This document shows positions 12,324 to 29,354 of a stretch of DNA of 64,000 nucleotides, piece by piece. The stretch spans positions 48,422,001-48,486,000 of the forward strand of contig OZ024750.1 of the NCBI GenBank assembly GCA_964016885.1, in the 5' to 3' direction. Position 1 is the first letter of the stretch; every line of letters begins with the position of its first letter. Source of the stretch: Eledone cirrhosa. Lineage: Eukaryota. Below the pieces are notes generated by a model. The model made no database searches, was not told the DNA's origin, and worked only from the letters and a program-made list of their open reading frames with translations. The translations under genes were made by a program, and so were the position numbers.

Positions 12324-13896
12324 ATAATTATTAATAAAAACAGGTAGACATAATACAAACGGATAATTTATTGCGAGTGTTTACAAATGTTTCTTTAGTA
12401 GTTACACAGCCTAGTCATGCTATATGACCATTCGTAGTTATTTATTTGCAGATACTCAATTTTCAAATGCTGTTCATCCTACCAATTCTTCAGAGAGAAT
12501 GGCTAGATTGTAAAATTACTTGTATTTCTTAAAGAAATGAATTTTCTAGACGTAACTCTTAATTTGAATACAGGACTGACAGACAAGATAAACGAGAACC
12601 TTACCTATATTAATTAAAACTCGAATCACCCACTTTCCATGATTACATCGGTTGCCCGTTGTATTTCTCTAAGAATCTCTCGCTCATGCAGAATACTATA
12701 ATAACGAACATGCAGAATACTATAATAACGCACTAAGGAATGCTGACCACCTGGATAAAATAGAATACATCGACAAGAATCTCCATAACACACATAGCAA
12801 CACACGAAATCGAAGAATATGTAATGGGGTGCAGGAATACAAACACACACACACACAGTACCACCAGACATACTAATAATAGACAATCATCACCAAACAC
12901 AAATAAATTACGTCGTAGAAAGTATATCTGGTATAATCCCATATGAAATGCTTCGATTAGTACGAAACTATTTATTTCATTCGTTAAGCTAATTAACAAG
13001 CATTTCACTAATTCCCATAAGTATAGTAAAATTCTAAACTATAAGACTGTTAAACTATCTTACTCCACTGCACCAAACCTAGAAGCACACATAACAAAAC
13101 TTAACTTAAAGCGATTATTAAACATCACTACAAAACAAAATATTTTCGAAACAGATGTGCATAACGTAATATCATCTTCCCAACCACCAAATGGAAGACC
13201 GGTATTACTCAACACACCTGCACTGTTTTCCCAGCCTATCTATGGTAGAGCTGTTACTCATAACAAAAACTGCAACTGTCACCTACCCGAGAGATGCCCA
13301 TTGAAGAATAAATGCCTAGAGTCCAACATTGTTTATCAATGCACTGTCGAATCGAACGACCAGAAATGGTATTACGTCGGGTCTACCACTACCTCCTTTA
13401 AATCACGCTGGTATCGTCATCGATTTTCAATTAAACATCCTGAACACCGTTATGTAATCACACTCACCGCTAATAAGACCTGGTAACTCCGTGAATACAA
13501 CCAGCAGTTCACCTTAAAATGGGATAAATTATCCAGCGCTAGTGCATATCGGAGTTGATAGAAGTAGAGCAGATTATGCAACCTTGAACGCTTTAATATC
13601 TTGAAAAATAAAAAACGACTTATTAAATGACAGAATCGAACGATCGTTATACTGCAGCCACACACTGAAGGCTAAATTCTCTCACTATAAAGTAACTTAA
13701 CATAATATGAACCCGAGATTACTACACGACTTTCTCGCTAAGTTGATTCAATAACTACTGCCTAACTATATCCCCCACACTACAAGCCAGTACAATGCTT
13801 ATCGTAATAAATGGATACTTAAGTAGGATCAGCAAACTACAACTATCAACTCGGTGTATATGGCTTTCCTTCCCCTTCTCTTAGCTTTATTCTGTC

Positions 13897-13989
<93 letters not shown>

Positions 13990-14490
13990 TCTCGCCCTCT
14001 GTCTATCTCCCTCCTTCTCCACATATATTAACTTGCTCGATGTGGCAATAAATAATTCCAAACTTGACAATATCAACACAATGCCAAAGTTGTCACTTTG
14101 AGAGTAAGCAGTATAATAAAACCACTTTTTGAACTCCTATCACATTTAGATTAAGCTATCTGTATTCTTCAAACCACTCTCTCCCATTTCTCCGACCCCT
14201 ACATATCTATCTCTCTCTCTCCCTCTCTCACTCTCCACGTCTTTCTCTCTTCCTTTTCTACTCTATTTTCCCTAATAACTCCCTTTAAGAAATAAAACGG
14301 AATTTACAATCTAGCCATTCTCTCTGAAGATTTGGTAGGATGAACAACATTTGAAAATTGAGTAACTGCAAATAAATAACTACCAATTTGCATATAGCAT
14401 GACTAGGCTGTGTAACTACTAAAGAAACATTTGTAAACACTCGCAATAAATTACTTTTTTATGATGTCTACCCGTTTTTATTAATAATTC
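12324..14490 (+). mobile_element. 5'-truncated Penelope-like element with inverted terminal pLTR
   Basis: 12324-12513 is the reverse complement of ~14303-14490; internal decayed GIY-YIG ORF; flanked by (TA)n; a second 3' copy lies at 55998-56850 (minus). Confidence 0.85.
13157..13680 (+). pseudogene. PLE GIY-YIG endonuclease remnant
   Basis: CNCHLPERCPLKNKCLESNIVYQCTV...YYVGSTTTSFKSRWYRH: Cys-rich linker plus IVY..YVG..R motif; stops downstream of 13486. Confidence 0.85.
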
Positions 14491-14496
14491 TTTATA

Positions 14497-14533
<37 letters not shown>

Positions 14534-14632
14534 TAAAAGATGTCTATAGAATCACCAGATAAAATATATACCATTTCCTCTCCCAATTAGCATAATTAAC
14601 CATATACAAATCGATTAGAACAAGCTATAAGA

Positions 14633-14669
<37 letters not shown>

Positions 14670-14671
<2 letters not shown>

Positions 14672-14751
14672 GGAAAATGTTTATCCACGACGGCAGAGCT
14701 CAAGTCGTCGAAACGGCTTCAGCTCTGCCGTCTGGATTAAACCTTTTCCTA
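14670..14751. repeat. Short imperfect palindrome next to (TA)n; related inverted pair at 15826-15878/15931-15983
   Basis: AGGAAAA..GACGGCAGAGCT..AGCTCTGCCGTC..TTTTCCT symmetry. Confidence 0.7.
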
Positions 14752-14840
14752 TTACCCACTATACTAACCTAAATATTGAGTACTCTGTTGCATTATAGTC
14801 CATCTAGTTCCTGTCCACACTTCCTTCGTTATATATATAT

Positions 14841-14929
<89 letters not shown>

Positions 14930-14935
<6 letters not shown>

Positions 14936-15530
14936 AATTTTGCAACGGGTCACTTTGTGGCTCAACGAAGAGTTAATAAATTAAATAATCAGAGCTATAT
15001 ATCATAAAACATGTCTATAGAATGACCAGATAAAATATATACCATTTCCTCTCCGAATTAGCATAATTAACCATATAAAAAATCGATTAGACCAAGCTAT
15101 AAGAATAAAGGCTTCTATGACGAAATCTCCAACAAATAACCGAAAGCAGCCCTTCGCGTCGGTTGCGACGGAGTATTTATCGAGTATTTCGACAGCGTGT
15201 AAAAATCGCTCAGATATACAGTCAACCAAACAGAATTAGGTGTAAAATAAACTAGGAGAAATGTGAACATATTTAGTTACCTCTACCATATTTCGTCCGC
15301 ATTTTAAGATATCTGATAGCATCGGACATCTAGAGTACCGGACTCTTCAGGAAGTTAGCTCAAATTCAGGCAATACATTTTCCAAAGTGATCGCGCCAAG
15401 AATACATTCAAAAATGGCTAAGAATCGTGACGTAGCAGCGGTCTGGTTAGAAAGAATGTGATTAGTTGCCTACGGCTGGCGGCCTTTTGCTAGGAAGCTT
15501 CATTGAGCCACAAAGTGACCCTTTGCAAAA
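14930..15530 (-). mobile_element. HHR-bearing non-coding element (family C; related to 21895-22943 and 14531-14632)
   Basis: Colinear similarity with 21930-22510; HHR on the minus strand; (TA)n flanks. Confidence 0.7.
15279..15355 (-). ncRNA. Type I HHR motif, canonical core, long loop II
   Basis: Minus strand ACUUC-CUGAAGA-GUCCG..CGGAC-GAAAU-AUG-GUA-GAGGU. Confidence 0.8.
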
Positions 15531-15980
15531 CACACATATATATATATATAAACCTTTATATGTAATAATCTCCCTTAGGTTGAGATACCATTTTGGCTGT
15601 ATCATCTTTTTCCATTTCTCCGAGGGTTCTTAACCCCACTATCAGGCTAAATAATTTCTTTAATTTCTTTAGTCCAAATACGGCGATAGCTTACATTTCT
15701 AATAATACATGTATATATATATGTATATATATATATATATATAACGAAGGAGTTGTAGTAAGGAACCATATGGACCATAACGCACCAGAGTGCTCAATAC
15801 TTAGGGTAGTAGAGTTGGTAATAGGTAAATGTATGATACCGACTGCAGAGTTGAAGCCGTTTTGACGGCTATTTCTGAAAACAAATTAGAATTTTTAGAA
15901 TGTTTAGCCTGGTGAAAATTCTAATTTAGTCCAGAAGTAGCCGTCGAATCGGCTTGAGCTCTGCCGTCGGGGTCATACAT

Positions 15981-16011
<31 letters not shown>

Positions 16012-16072
16012 GGTGCGTGTGTATATATGTATGTATATATATATAAATGTGTGTGTATGTAGTATATATATG

Positions 16073-16115
<43 letters not shown>

Positions 16116-16119
<4 letters not shown>

Positions 16120-16356
16120 GTAATCTAAATTGTTCGAATATTAATAATAACATTCGATTCGTTTGCAGTTATGCAAACAAGCCTCAATTTTATAGCCATG
16201 TCTGTTCTGTTCGAATACAGTTCTGTTCGCATGTCAACATAAGTGTAAGAATGAAGTGTTCATTCTACTGACATGGCTATATATTTGAGGCTTGTTTGCG
16301 TAAATGCAAAATAATCGAATGTTATTATTAATATTCGAAAAACTCAGATTACAATT
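16116..16356. mobile_element. Fold-back/MITE-like element in (TA)n; longer relative at 33742-34220, fragment at 21205-21290
   Basis: 16116-16201 is the reverse complement of ~16270-16356. Confidence 0.7.
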
Positions 16357-16380
16357 GTATATATATATATATATATATAT

Positions 16381-17240
16381 ATTAGCGAGAATCGCATTTC
16401 GGCTATTGGAAATTAGCTAAAAACAACTTCCGAAATGTGTGGCAAGCGCTCAATAGAAACAAAACGAATTCAGCTCTCGACAGAATAGTTTTTAAAATTA
16501 ACAAAAGCTATTAATCAGTCAATAGAATTAATTAAAAAATCAAAAAAATTAACTGGTTAATAGCTAGACTCTGGAGAATAATACAAATATAAATTAGCGA
16601 GAATAGCATTTTGGCTATTGGAAATTAGCGAAAAACAACTTCCGAAATTAGTGGCAAGCGCTCAATAGACACGAGTGAACTAGAGCAATAAACTTACGTT
16701 AAAAGGCAAAGCACACTGAGACGATAGTTAAACCATTAACCGCAAAGCCATAGAAGCGAACATGCTATTCGGGTCAAACAAATAATGAAATATGATTGAA
16801 ACATTTACCCGGGCCGGCTTGGAAACGGTGGTAAAATCCAATATGGGGTTTCTGCAAGTCCTAAATCAAGTACTGTCTGCTTAAACAAATAATGCTAAGC
16901 TTTTGGTATGATGATCGAACAAGGAAGTCACTTTTTCAACAGATATTTTGTTCTATGCAAAGCTAAGAAACTGACCGTATCTAAACCGACGTGCGGAATT
17001 AGAAGGCAGATAACCCCTAGTTTTGGCGGATCAATTCAGTATGTGTGGTTATTGTAAAATTGCAAATTATCACATACGAATTAAGCTCTCGGCGGAATAG
17101 TTTTTAAAATTAACATATGCTATTAATCAGTCAATAAACTAAAGCAATCAAAAAAATTATCTGGTTAATATCTAGACTCTGGAGAATAATACAAATATAA
17201 ATTAGCGAGAATCGCATTTCGACTATTGTAAATTAGCGGA
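16381..17240. repeat. Local ~212 bp tandem/direct repeat family
   Basis: ATTAGCGAGAATCGCATTTCGGCTATTGGAAATTAGC at 16381, 16593 and 17201; fragment in reverse at ~21060-21118. Confidence 0.75.
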
Positions 17241-17340
17241 AAGCATATATATATATAAGTATGTATTAGACTGCTCAGCCGTTAATATGCATAAGGAAAG
17301 TATATACTTTCAGACGTTCAATCATCTGGCAGGAAGGTAT

Positions 17341-17383
17341 ACGTTACTGACGATAGCTAATAAGCTTGAAACTAGTACATCGT
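17341..17383 (+). ncRNA. Minimal type I HHR motif, imperfect stem I
   Basis: ACGUUA-CUGACGA-uAGCU(AAUA)AGCUu-GAAAC-UA-GUA-CAUCGU; palindromic stem III ACUAGU; related reverse fragment at ~57050-57180. Confidence 0.55.
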
Positions 17384-17656
17384 TCCTTTGTCAGTGTTGA
17401 TCAAACGAGCATCGATGGTTACTAGACACTGTACGGTTTAATTCGGGATGTTTGTCTACAAACACACAGAGCATTATAATAAATGTTCGGTGAATTAATA
17501 CGTACATATATATATATATATATGAGTGCATGTATGTATATATATATGCATACTACTGTACGTCTGTATACATATATGTATGTACGTATACATACTTATA
17601 TTTAAGTAACAGCCGTACTAAGAGTGAGAAAGGAAATTTCGTTTCATTTTTTTCCG

Positions 17657-17692
<36 letters not shown>

Positions 17693-18299
17693 ACTAGTGA
17701 ATTTTATATCTCAGACCTCTTTCAAATTCTATTTCACTTAGTTATGTTTAATGTCTGTTATAATTATAGTTGTGTTAGAGAAATTTATCTTTTTTAAACT
17801 TGGTAGATCTATTAACATTTTTTCTTTCAAAACCCGCTTATATAGATGCTACTTTCCATTACCCATGTACAGATGACATGATCACAATTGTTATGTTGGA
17901 AATCGGTCCACGTGATCGCCTTTGGTTAATATTAGGAAAAGAAAAGGGAAGAGGAATGAAACCGATAGTCAGATCAAGAAACAATGTTTTCCTCTTGGAA
18001 TACAATTCATTTTCCGTTTAATAGAAATTGCCGGACGCAGCTCTTGCAAGATGGATGGCATATTTGAACCTAACATACATTGAACAAGTACAGCTATGAT
18101 ACCATCATGCTTTTAACAAGTCTACCAACGATGAATGGGAGCATGGCCTAGCAGTATTTCATCTGAAACTGGAGTGAAGAGAAACATAAAATACATAATT
18201 ATGATGTAAATGTATGTGTGGTATATATACATATTTATTGGAACACATATATAGTTATATCAGTTTGCATCCCTCTCATATATCCGAGTATATATATAT

Positions 18300-18358
<59 letters not shown>

Positions 18359-18411
18359 TATGTATATATATACACATATATATGTATACACACACACATA
18401 TATATATATTT

Positions 18412-18446
<35 letters not shown>

Positions 18447-18478
18447 CATATATACATGTATATATATATATATGCGTG

Positions 18479-18544
<66 letters not shown>

Positions 18545-19045
18545 AACCTTCATTCTCCTGCTAACGTTAATTATAATAGGAATAGCTCAAGGATTAATGA
18601 GAATAGTATAGGCACCCCCAACAACCATCTTACGTATGGTTGTAATTGCAGAAATAGAAGCATTTGCCCCTTATATAGCAACTGTTTGATTAATAATGTA
18701 ATATATAAATGCACTGTGTCTACTACAGACTCCAACAAAACATATATAGGATCTACATCAAACACATTTAAGAAAAGATTTTACGCACACTCTTGTAGTT
18801 TTAACAATACGAAACTAGCTAACACCTCATCTTTAGATGAAGCAGTAAATAATTATAAAAGAAAAATAGATTTCAAGCTATCGTAGAACACCATTCTACA
18901 TAGAATTCCAGATCCTGGGAACAGGAGGGAATGCAGATTATGTTCTGGGGAGGTCTTGGAAATTACTAAATCTAAGGACGATTTATTAAATAAAAGACAG
19001 GAACAGATTATAGTTTGTAATCACCGTATGCGAAGAACATTTTAA
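18545..19045 (+). pseudogene. PLE GIY-YIG endonuclease remnant (5'-truncated in (TA)n)
   Basis: [26 protein letters not shown]...[17 protein letters not shown]; in-frame stop at 18884 followed by a C-terminal CRLC..E..I motif. Confidence 0.85.
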
Positions 19046-19295
19046 TACTATAAACCTAATTAAATATTCTAAATAGCAAATCACTATAATTGTATATAGA
19101 GTAACATTTGTTAATACCCCTTTCCCCTAATTATATGTTTCCCCTTTTAATGTTTTAGCTTCCTTAGTTTTATGCGCTAATGACTAAAGGCAACAAGGTA
19201 CACAACCACAAATAATTGCATGAGTAGATATCTAGATATCTATATATATATATATATCTATGTATCTATGATATGGGAATATATTTGTGTATATG

Positions 19296-19354
<59 letters not shown>

Positions 19355-19558
19355 AATGTCACCACACAATATGAACCTGCAAATTGCGAAAGCATGAAAG
19401 TTATTGTTCAATTAACACTTAACATTTAATATTCTACCATACTATTTCATTCTAATACCATTATAAATTATTTTAAAGATTGTAAATAAAACGAGTAAAT
19501 CAGACAAAGCTGGAATTCCTTTTATTAATCTTCTATACACAATCATATACACCCGTGT

Positions 19559-19630
<72 letters not shown>

Positions 19631-19707
19631 TTCTCTCTCTCTCTATCTCTCTCTCTCTCTCTATCACTCTCTCTGTATATTTATATATATAAATATATTT
19701 ATATATA

Positions 19708-19788
<81 letters not shown>

Positions 19789-20946
19789 CTATGTGTGTAT
19801 ATATATGTGTATTTGTATGTGTGTATATGTGAATATATGTGTATGAGTGATTATATATGAGTGTGTGTACATGTAGGAGTGTGTGCATATATATATATAT
19901 ATATATGTGTGGGTATAGGTGTGTATGTGTAAATTATAGATATGTATACATATATGTGTCTATGATTATGTGCACATGTGTAAATGTGTATTTATGTTTG
20001 CATCTATTTATGCGTATGTATAGTTTTAGTTGGGTATCAATTTAACTATGCCTCTCTATATATAGTGTGGATATATGCACTTTGTAATCTATGAAATTTA
20101 TGCGTTTTGAAATGTATGCGTTATGTCAACATGTATTTATCTGAGTTTGATAGTATTTTAGAGCGTATCATACGCTGTAATATACTAAGTGCAATTTACC
20201 ACACCGTACTATATATTGTGTTGGTTATATTATATAATTGCAATACTGTATTTAATTATCCTATTATAATTTTCATATTTTAATATTCTATCTTTGCTAG
20301 CCATGACCGTAATTTATATTCACCTAAAATCTCTATACAACACTAATCATCATTTATGTTTACATTTCTTTAAACTTGACTATACCAGATACATTTAACT
20401 ATTAATTTGACAATACCTTTCCTCCTAATTGACTGTTTATGGCAATTCTATTATTAACACCATTCAACCATTCCTTTCAAAGTGTCATGCCCTCAACTAA
20501 AGTGAATTACTTTTCATCTTAACATCATATGGAAAAACAATTTGATTGGTTAGTTCTTCAACGACCTCCATGTAAGGACAAGATACTAACATACTACTAA
20601 TGCTGAATAAAATTATTATTGCTTTTTAAAAAAGCTGGTGATATGCATGTAAGTAAATATTCTCTTTATCTGATATATTGTAACTAACCTTACATGTATC
20701 AATAACGAAGTATAGCTACAATGTATTATCATCACCTAGCAACGATCGTAAAGCAGTAAAGTATATCTCTAATCACTTGATTTTTATTTCATTATTTTAA
20801 CTCATATCATGACTGTGTTTTCCTTTCAATGTGTTATTGTTTTCCGGGATTTATCATAAATTACAACATTTTCAACATATGGATTACATTGAGTTCTTCA
20901 TGCAGAATAGACACCACAACTTACCGTGGATATCTCTGTGTATATG

Positions 20947-21003
<57 letters not shown>

Positions 21004-21114
21004 CTGTGTGTTTGGCCCTTAACGTATGTTGTAGCTCTGATTCACATTAATCATCGAGGGCTTGCCACACATATCGGACGTTGATTTTCGTTAATTCCTG
21101 ATACGATCTCGCTA

Positions 21115-21161
<47 letters not shown>

Positions 21162-21328
21162 TATATATATAGATGTGTGTCTGTGTGTGTATATGTTTGT
21201 CTGTATGTAAATGTAATCTGCATTTTTTTAATATTAATAATAATATTCGTTTCGTTTACAATGATGAACATGTCAGTAGAATGAACCTCCGATTGTGATA
21301 AATCTCTCTCTGTCATTCTCTCGCTCTC

Positions 21329-21401
<73 letters not shown>

Positions 21402-21533
21402 AGATCAAAAGATGGTTAAAAGAGTTCCATGTATTTTATTATGCGCATTTCTTATGCGCACTCCTACAAACTGTGGAGTGGTACTTATCTGATATCTGCA
21501 TTGCTTTATTGTACTACAATAAAACTCACCTCC

Positions 21534-21572
<39 letters not shown>

Positions 21573-21609
21573 GTAAGAATATCTTCGAAACAGCGAGTGT
21601 ATTTGAAAT

Positions 21610-21846
21610 TATTAGAAATGTTAGCTATCGCCGTATTTTGACTAAAGAAATTAAAGAAATTATTTAGCCTGATAGTGGGGTTAAGAACCCTCGGAAAAAT
21701 GGAAAAAGATGAATATTGACGTACATGGGACGTACATGTACGTCAATACTCATCTTTTTCCATTTCTCCGAGGGTTCTTATCCCCACTATCAGTCTAAAC
21801 AATTTCTTTATTTTCTTTAGTCAAAATACGGCAATAGCTAACATTT

Positions 21847-21848
<2 letters not shown>
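21610..21848. mobile_element. Near-perfect palindromic element; second copy 43222-43445, half copy 15600-15703
   Basis: ~115 bp arms meeting at GACGTACATG..CATGTACGTC; same centre in both full copies; (TA)n flanks. Confidence 0.8.
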
Positions 21849-21888
<40 letters not shown>

Positions 21889-21894
21889 TATATT

Positions 21895-22943
21895 TAAACT
21901 AGACAGAGCCATATATATATGTGTGTGTGTTATTGGCAACCATTCACGGTGTGGCCCAATGAAGAATTAATTGACTAAATAATCAACAATCAGAGCAATA
22001 TATAAGAAAGTAAGTATATAGAGGCATTTGATAACATATATACAGTATTTGCTCTCCCAATCACCATAATTATCCACACAGAAAATCAATTAAACCAGGC
22101 TATAAGTTTAAAATGCACGATATATAAATGATAACTATTTTATCCTCGATCAACATCCTCAGAAGATATATCCAGTATTTCTAATAGCCCGTAGAAATCG
22201 ATTAGACATATAGCTAACCATACACAATTAGGTACAAAATCAAAGTTAGAAGAAAAAATATATATAAACACACCGAAATTATGTCTCTACCCCATGAAGT
22301 TTCATTCGCTTTTTGGAAATATCCGATCATGGATAAATTCACGAGTTTCTAAATCATCAGGAAACAAACTCATTGGACAAATATACCCTTAAATGATCCC
22401 CGCCATAAACGAATTCAAAATGGCTAAGAACTGTCACGTGGCTTGTGGTCAAGTCAGAAAATATGTGATTGGTGCCTAACGGCGAGTGGGCTTGTTGCTA
22501 TAACGCGCAGTCGAATGCAGCCTCAATTGTTTCTCAACCATACGGGAGTTTATAAAATATATAGATTTACATATACATAAACTAGACAGAGCCAAATATA
22601 TATATATGTGTTTTTGGCAACCATTCACGGTGTGACTCAATGACGAATTAATTAATTAAATAATCAACAATCAGATCAATATATAGAAAGTAAGTCCATA
22701 GAATCATTTGATAAAATATATACAGTATTTTCTCTCCCAATCAGCATAATTAACCACACAAAAAGTCAATTAAACGAGGTTATAAGTTTAAAATGCACCT
22801 ATGATGAAACAATAGATAAATAAATTATAGCTATTTTATCCGCGATCAACAGCCTCAGAAGATTTACCAAGTATTTCCAATAACCCGTAGTAATCGATTA
22901 GACATATAGCCAACCATACACAATTAGTTACAGAATCAAAGTA
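21895..22943 (-). mobile_element. Family C element with 683 nt direct-repeat period
   Basis: TAAACTAGACAGAGCCA at 21895 and 22578; HHR between the repeats. Confidence 0.75.
22283..22365 (-). ncRNA. Type I HHR motif, canonical core, weak stem II
   Basis: Minus strand GUUUC-CUGAUGA-..-GAAAC-UUCAUGGG-GUA-GAGAC. Confidence 0.65.
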
Positions 22944-22944
22944 A

Positions 22945-23149
22945 ATTTTCAGCAAATAGGGGGAGTTAAAGCTGACATAGCTCTGTTTCGTACTAGTTGG
23001 TACTTATCATGCTAAGTACTCCACCTCTTTGCTGAAAATCATGAATGTTTGATTCATATAGAATTCTAGTAAAAATCAGGAACTAATAAGTACCAAATAG
23101 TACGAAACAGAGCGCTGTCAGATTTGTCTCCCCTTGTTTGCTGAAAATG
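22945..23149. mobile_element. Fold-back copy of family B with decayed HHRs in both arms
   Basis: ATTTTCAGCAAA...TTTGCTGAAAAT termini; GTAC..GTAC-GAAAC-AGAGC..GTC-AG on both strands. Confidence 0.7.
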
Positions 23150-23192
<43 letters not shown>

Positions 23193-23761
23193 AGGTATGT
23201 GTGATTGTGTGCTTACATTCGCAATAACGTCTATATTTATGTTCCTAATGACAGGCGTAAATACTGGCTTAAATGTTGTCTAATATATCGAAACCGTCAT
23301 TGCTTAATTCGTACTCTACCGAGTGGAAATCTGTAGAAGAATCAAAATATAGATTGCGTATCCTTTTGCATACAGATAAATAAATCATTAATTTGGCACA
23401 GTATTTGCCATTTTGAAATAGTTTATAATAATACTATAGTTCTCTTCATTAAATGTCTAAACGTTTATAAATATTATTTTAAGTATATTTTCGTTTTTAA
23501 TCATTTCAATGCCTTTGTTATTTGACATATATTGTAAACATATTCTGAACAATGAAGCAATATTGCATAGCATTTATTTCACAAAGAAATTAGCGTGTAG
23601 GACATATACTAGTGTATGTAATTTTGGCTCTTTTCTGATATTGGATATTTCGTGTTAGAACTATTTATATGGAGGGCATTTATCTGGTGTTCTCTATCGG
23701 GGGAATGATCATTAACTCCCCCTCCTCCCTTTCTCCCCCTCTCTCACTATCTCTCTCTCTT

Positions 23762-23817
<56 letters not shown>

Positions 23818-23945
23818 AGAGAGAGATAAACGAAGAGGTATTTGTACACAGATATTTGTAAACACACATATATATATAAATAAATAAATATATATATATA
23901 CACACACAAATATATATATATGAGTATATATGTATATATATATAT

Positions 23946-23999
<54 letters not shown>

Positions 24000-24020
24000 C
24001 TGTGTGTGTGAGTATATATG

Positions 24021-24057
<37 letters not shown>

Positions 24058-24643
24058 GCTTTTTAACCAAACATATATGGTACTAGTGTGTAACTACTTA
24101 TCGCGGTGAATAAATATTCCAACTTTGTCGTATTTGGTCTGAAATAACGTCTGTCTACAACACTTGTTTTAAGGTATACAATTTTAAAGAAAGATCGCGT
24201 GACGATAAATAAATAGTGTTATCTAAATCAAATATAGAATAACAATAAAAATCATAGGAATTTATCAAAGTAATAGTTCGTTGGAAATTGCATGTTAAAC
24301 ATTATGTCTGAGTAGGCTCTATTTTACCAATGCACGTATATTGATTTCTCAATAACTGGTTACTGGTATTCACAACATAAATACATCAATGAATTTAGCC
24401 AATTCAAACTGTGTAGTTTAGAAGTTCTATATGTAGCCGCGTGATTATTGGTTCCATCCCAACTCCTGGCTTCTACATATGCAACATGTCGGCTCTTTGA
24501 TTGTGAATGGAACGTGTTACACAGAAACCGGTGAAACTTGCATTTTACTCACACTCACAAACACATAGAGACACCCACCCACAGACATACACAGAAGCAC
24601 ACACACAATCATCTATATCTATATATCGATATATCTATCTATG

Positions 24644-24729
<86 letters not shown>

Positions 24730-24733
<4 letters not shown>

Positions 24734-25100
24734 AATAAAGTAAGAAGCGCGGGAATGCGTATGGTTTATAATTTTTTATCCCATTAGTAAAATAATTTGG
24801 ATTACATTGAATAAATAATGAATATTACATAATTTATCTACTACATTTCGTGGCTCTTCATTAAATATATTTTATTATTTATTTAAAGAATCACTTCTTT
24901 AAAATTTTCAAATGTCAACACTGCCGGTGGCGATCGCTTAAATAAACATATTAATTTTCTGTCACTAATTTTCTACTAATACAGATTATATATAACATTG
25001 TCTGTTTTTACTGTATCGTGGATTACGTTACTGATTATATAAGACAGGGTAACACAGTTTCCGTTCTATTTCTGTGTATATTGTCAATTACGATTTTATT
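24730..25100. repeat. Interspersed repeat; reverse-orientation copies at ~36780-37150 and ~43930-44297
   Basis: Shared CCCATTAGTAAAATAA, TCAAATGTCAACAC and GGATTACGTTACTGATTA blocks. Confidence 0.75.
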
Positions 25101-25159
25101 TGATATATCATATCTACATATATATATATATATATATACTTGCGTATCAATATATATAT

Positions 25160-25782
25160 TAGACAACTAATGATGGATAATCCTAACTTATATTTCTTAT
25201 TTTTCATTTTTCCTTATACTTATTAGCAACACACAGCTCGCCATTTTTTGTTCGTATATGCTTCCCCCTCTGCTGTGACCTGTCTTTTTTCTCATCCCTT
25301 GCTGCTATCCTCTTTCTCTCCCATTTTTCTCTCTCCTTCTCCCTCTTATGTCCCCCTCCCCTCTGCTAGTCACCGTCTCTCGGCTAGCCTCTTTCTCGCA
25401 CTTTCACTCACTCACTCTGTGCTACTCACCCTCTCTCTCACTTCCCCCATAGCCTTCCACACAAGACGCGGTCTTTCTTCTCGCTGGCACCCGTACGGTA
25501 AAGACGTGTATTTTTCTCCTCGTTAAAATTCGCCCGTTCTTATGTTTGAAATGAAATAATGATTTGATATTTGTCATGTTTTCTCTCTTTACGTTGCTTC
25601 ACACATCGTGTTTGTTCACATGTCTTATTCCACCCAATTCTTGTTATCCCAATAACTTATTTTAGTTACTGAATCTCCCTAGGCGGAGGGGTATTGTTTC
25701 TAACGCGAAGAAATGCATATGATGCCTAGTAGACAACTGATGATGGATAATCCTAACTTCTATTTCTAATTTTTCATTTTTC

Positions 25783-25787
<5 letters not shown>
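25160..25787 (+). repeat. Element with ~570 nt direct repeat starting at a CTGATGA-TGGATAATCC motif
   Basis: AGACAACT(A/G)ATGATGGATAATCCTAACTT at 25161 and 25731; (TA)n flanks; the GAAA half of the core is not intact. Confidence 0.55.
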
Positions 25788-25836
<49 letters not shown>

Positions 25837-25942
25837 TGCTCTGAAATAGCGATATATATATAATCATAATCAGTTCCTGATTATTACTAGAATTCTATAA
25901 GAATCAAACATTCATGATTTTCAGCAAACAGGTTGAGTACTT

Positions 25943-25987
25943 AGCTTTGATAAGTACCAAAGAGTACGAAACAGAGCTATGTCAGCT
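25943..25987 (+). ncRNA. Type I HHR motif with U3-A8 core variant (family B)
   Basis: AGCU-UUGAUAA-GUAC(CAAAGA)GUAC-GAAAC-AGAGCUAU-GUC-AGCU. Confidence 0.7.
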
Positions 25988-26147
25988 TTATATCCACCTG
26001 TTTGCTGTACATTTAAAGTAAATGAGACTGTCACTACTCTAAAACAATAGCGTAAGGTTTTCAAAATGCTTTTAATTAAGCATACAATGTATTGCAAAAT
26101 ACACTATATATACATTCATATATATATATATATATATTTTTTATATA

Positions 26148-29331
<3,184 letters not shown>

Positions 29332-29354
29332 TGTATATATATATATATATATAT

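Noticed and set aside
14318-14366. CTGAAGA...GAAA in the PLE pLTR (mirror near 12460-12500)
   Set aside because: The position fits an HHR, but stems I-III could not be paired convincingly; not called
20631-20720. CTGGTGA..GAAG HHR-like relic, with similar weak hits near 24850 (minus) and 44584
   Set aside because: Two or more core changes and no convincing stem I; indistinguishable from chance by eye
21663-21705. CTGATAG-TGGGG..ACCCT-CGGAAA in the palindromic family
   Set aside because: Core is non-canonical in all copies and no NUH or stem I was found
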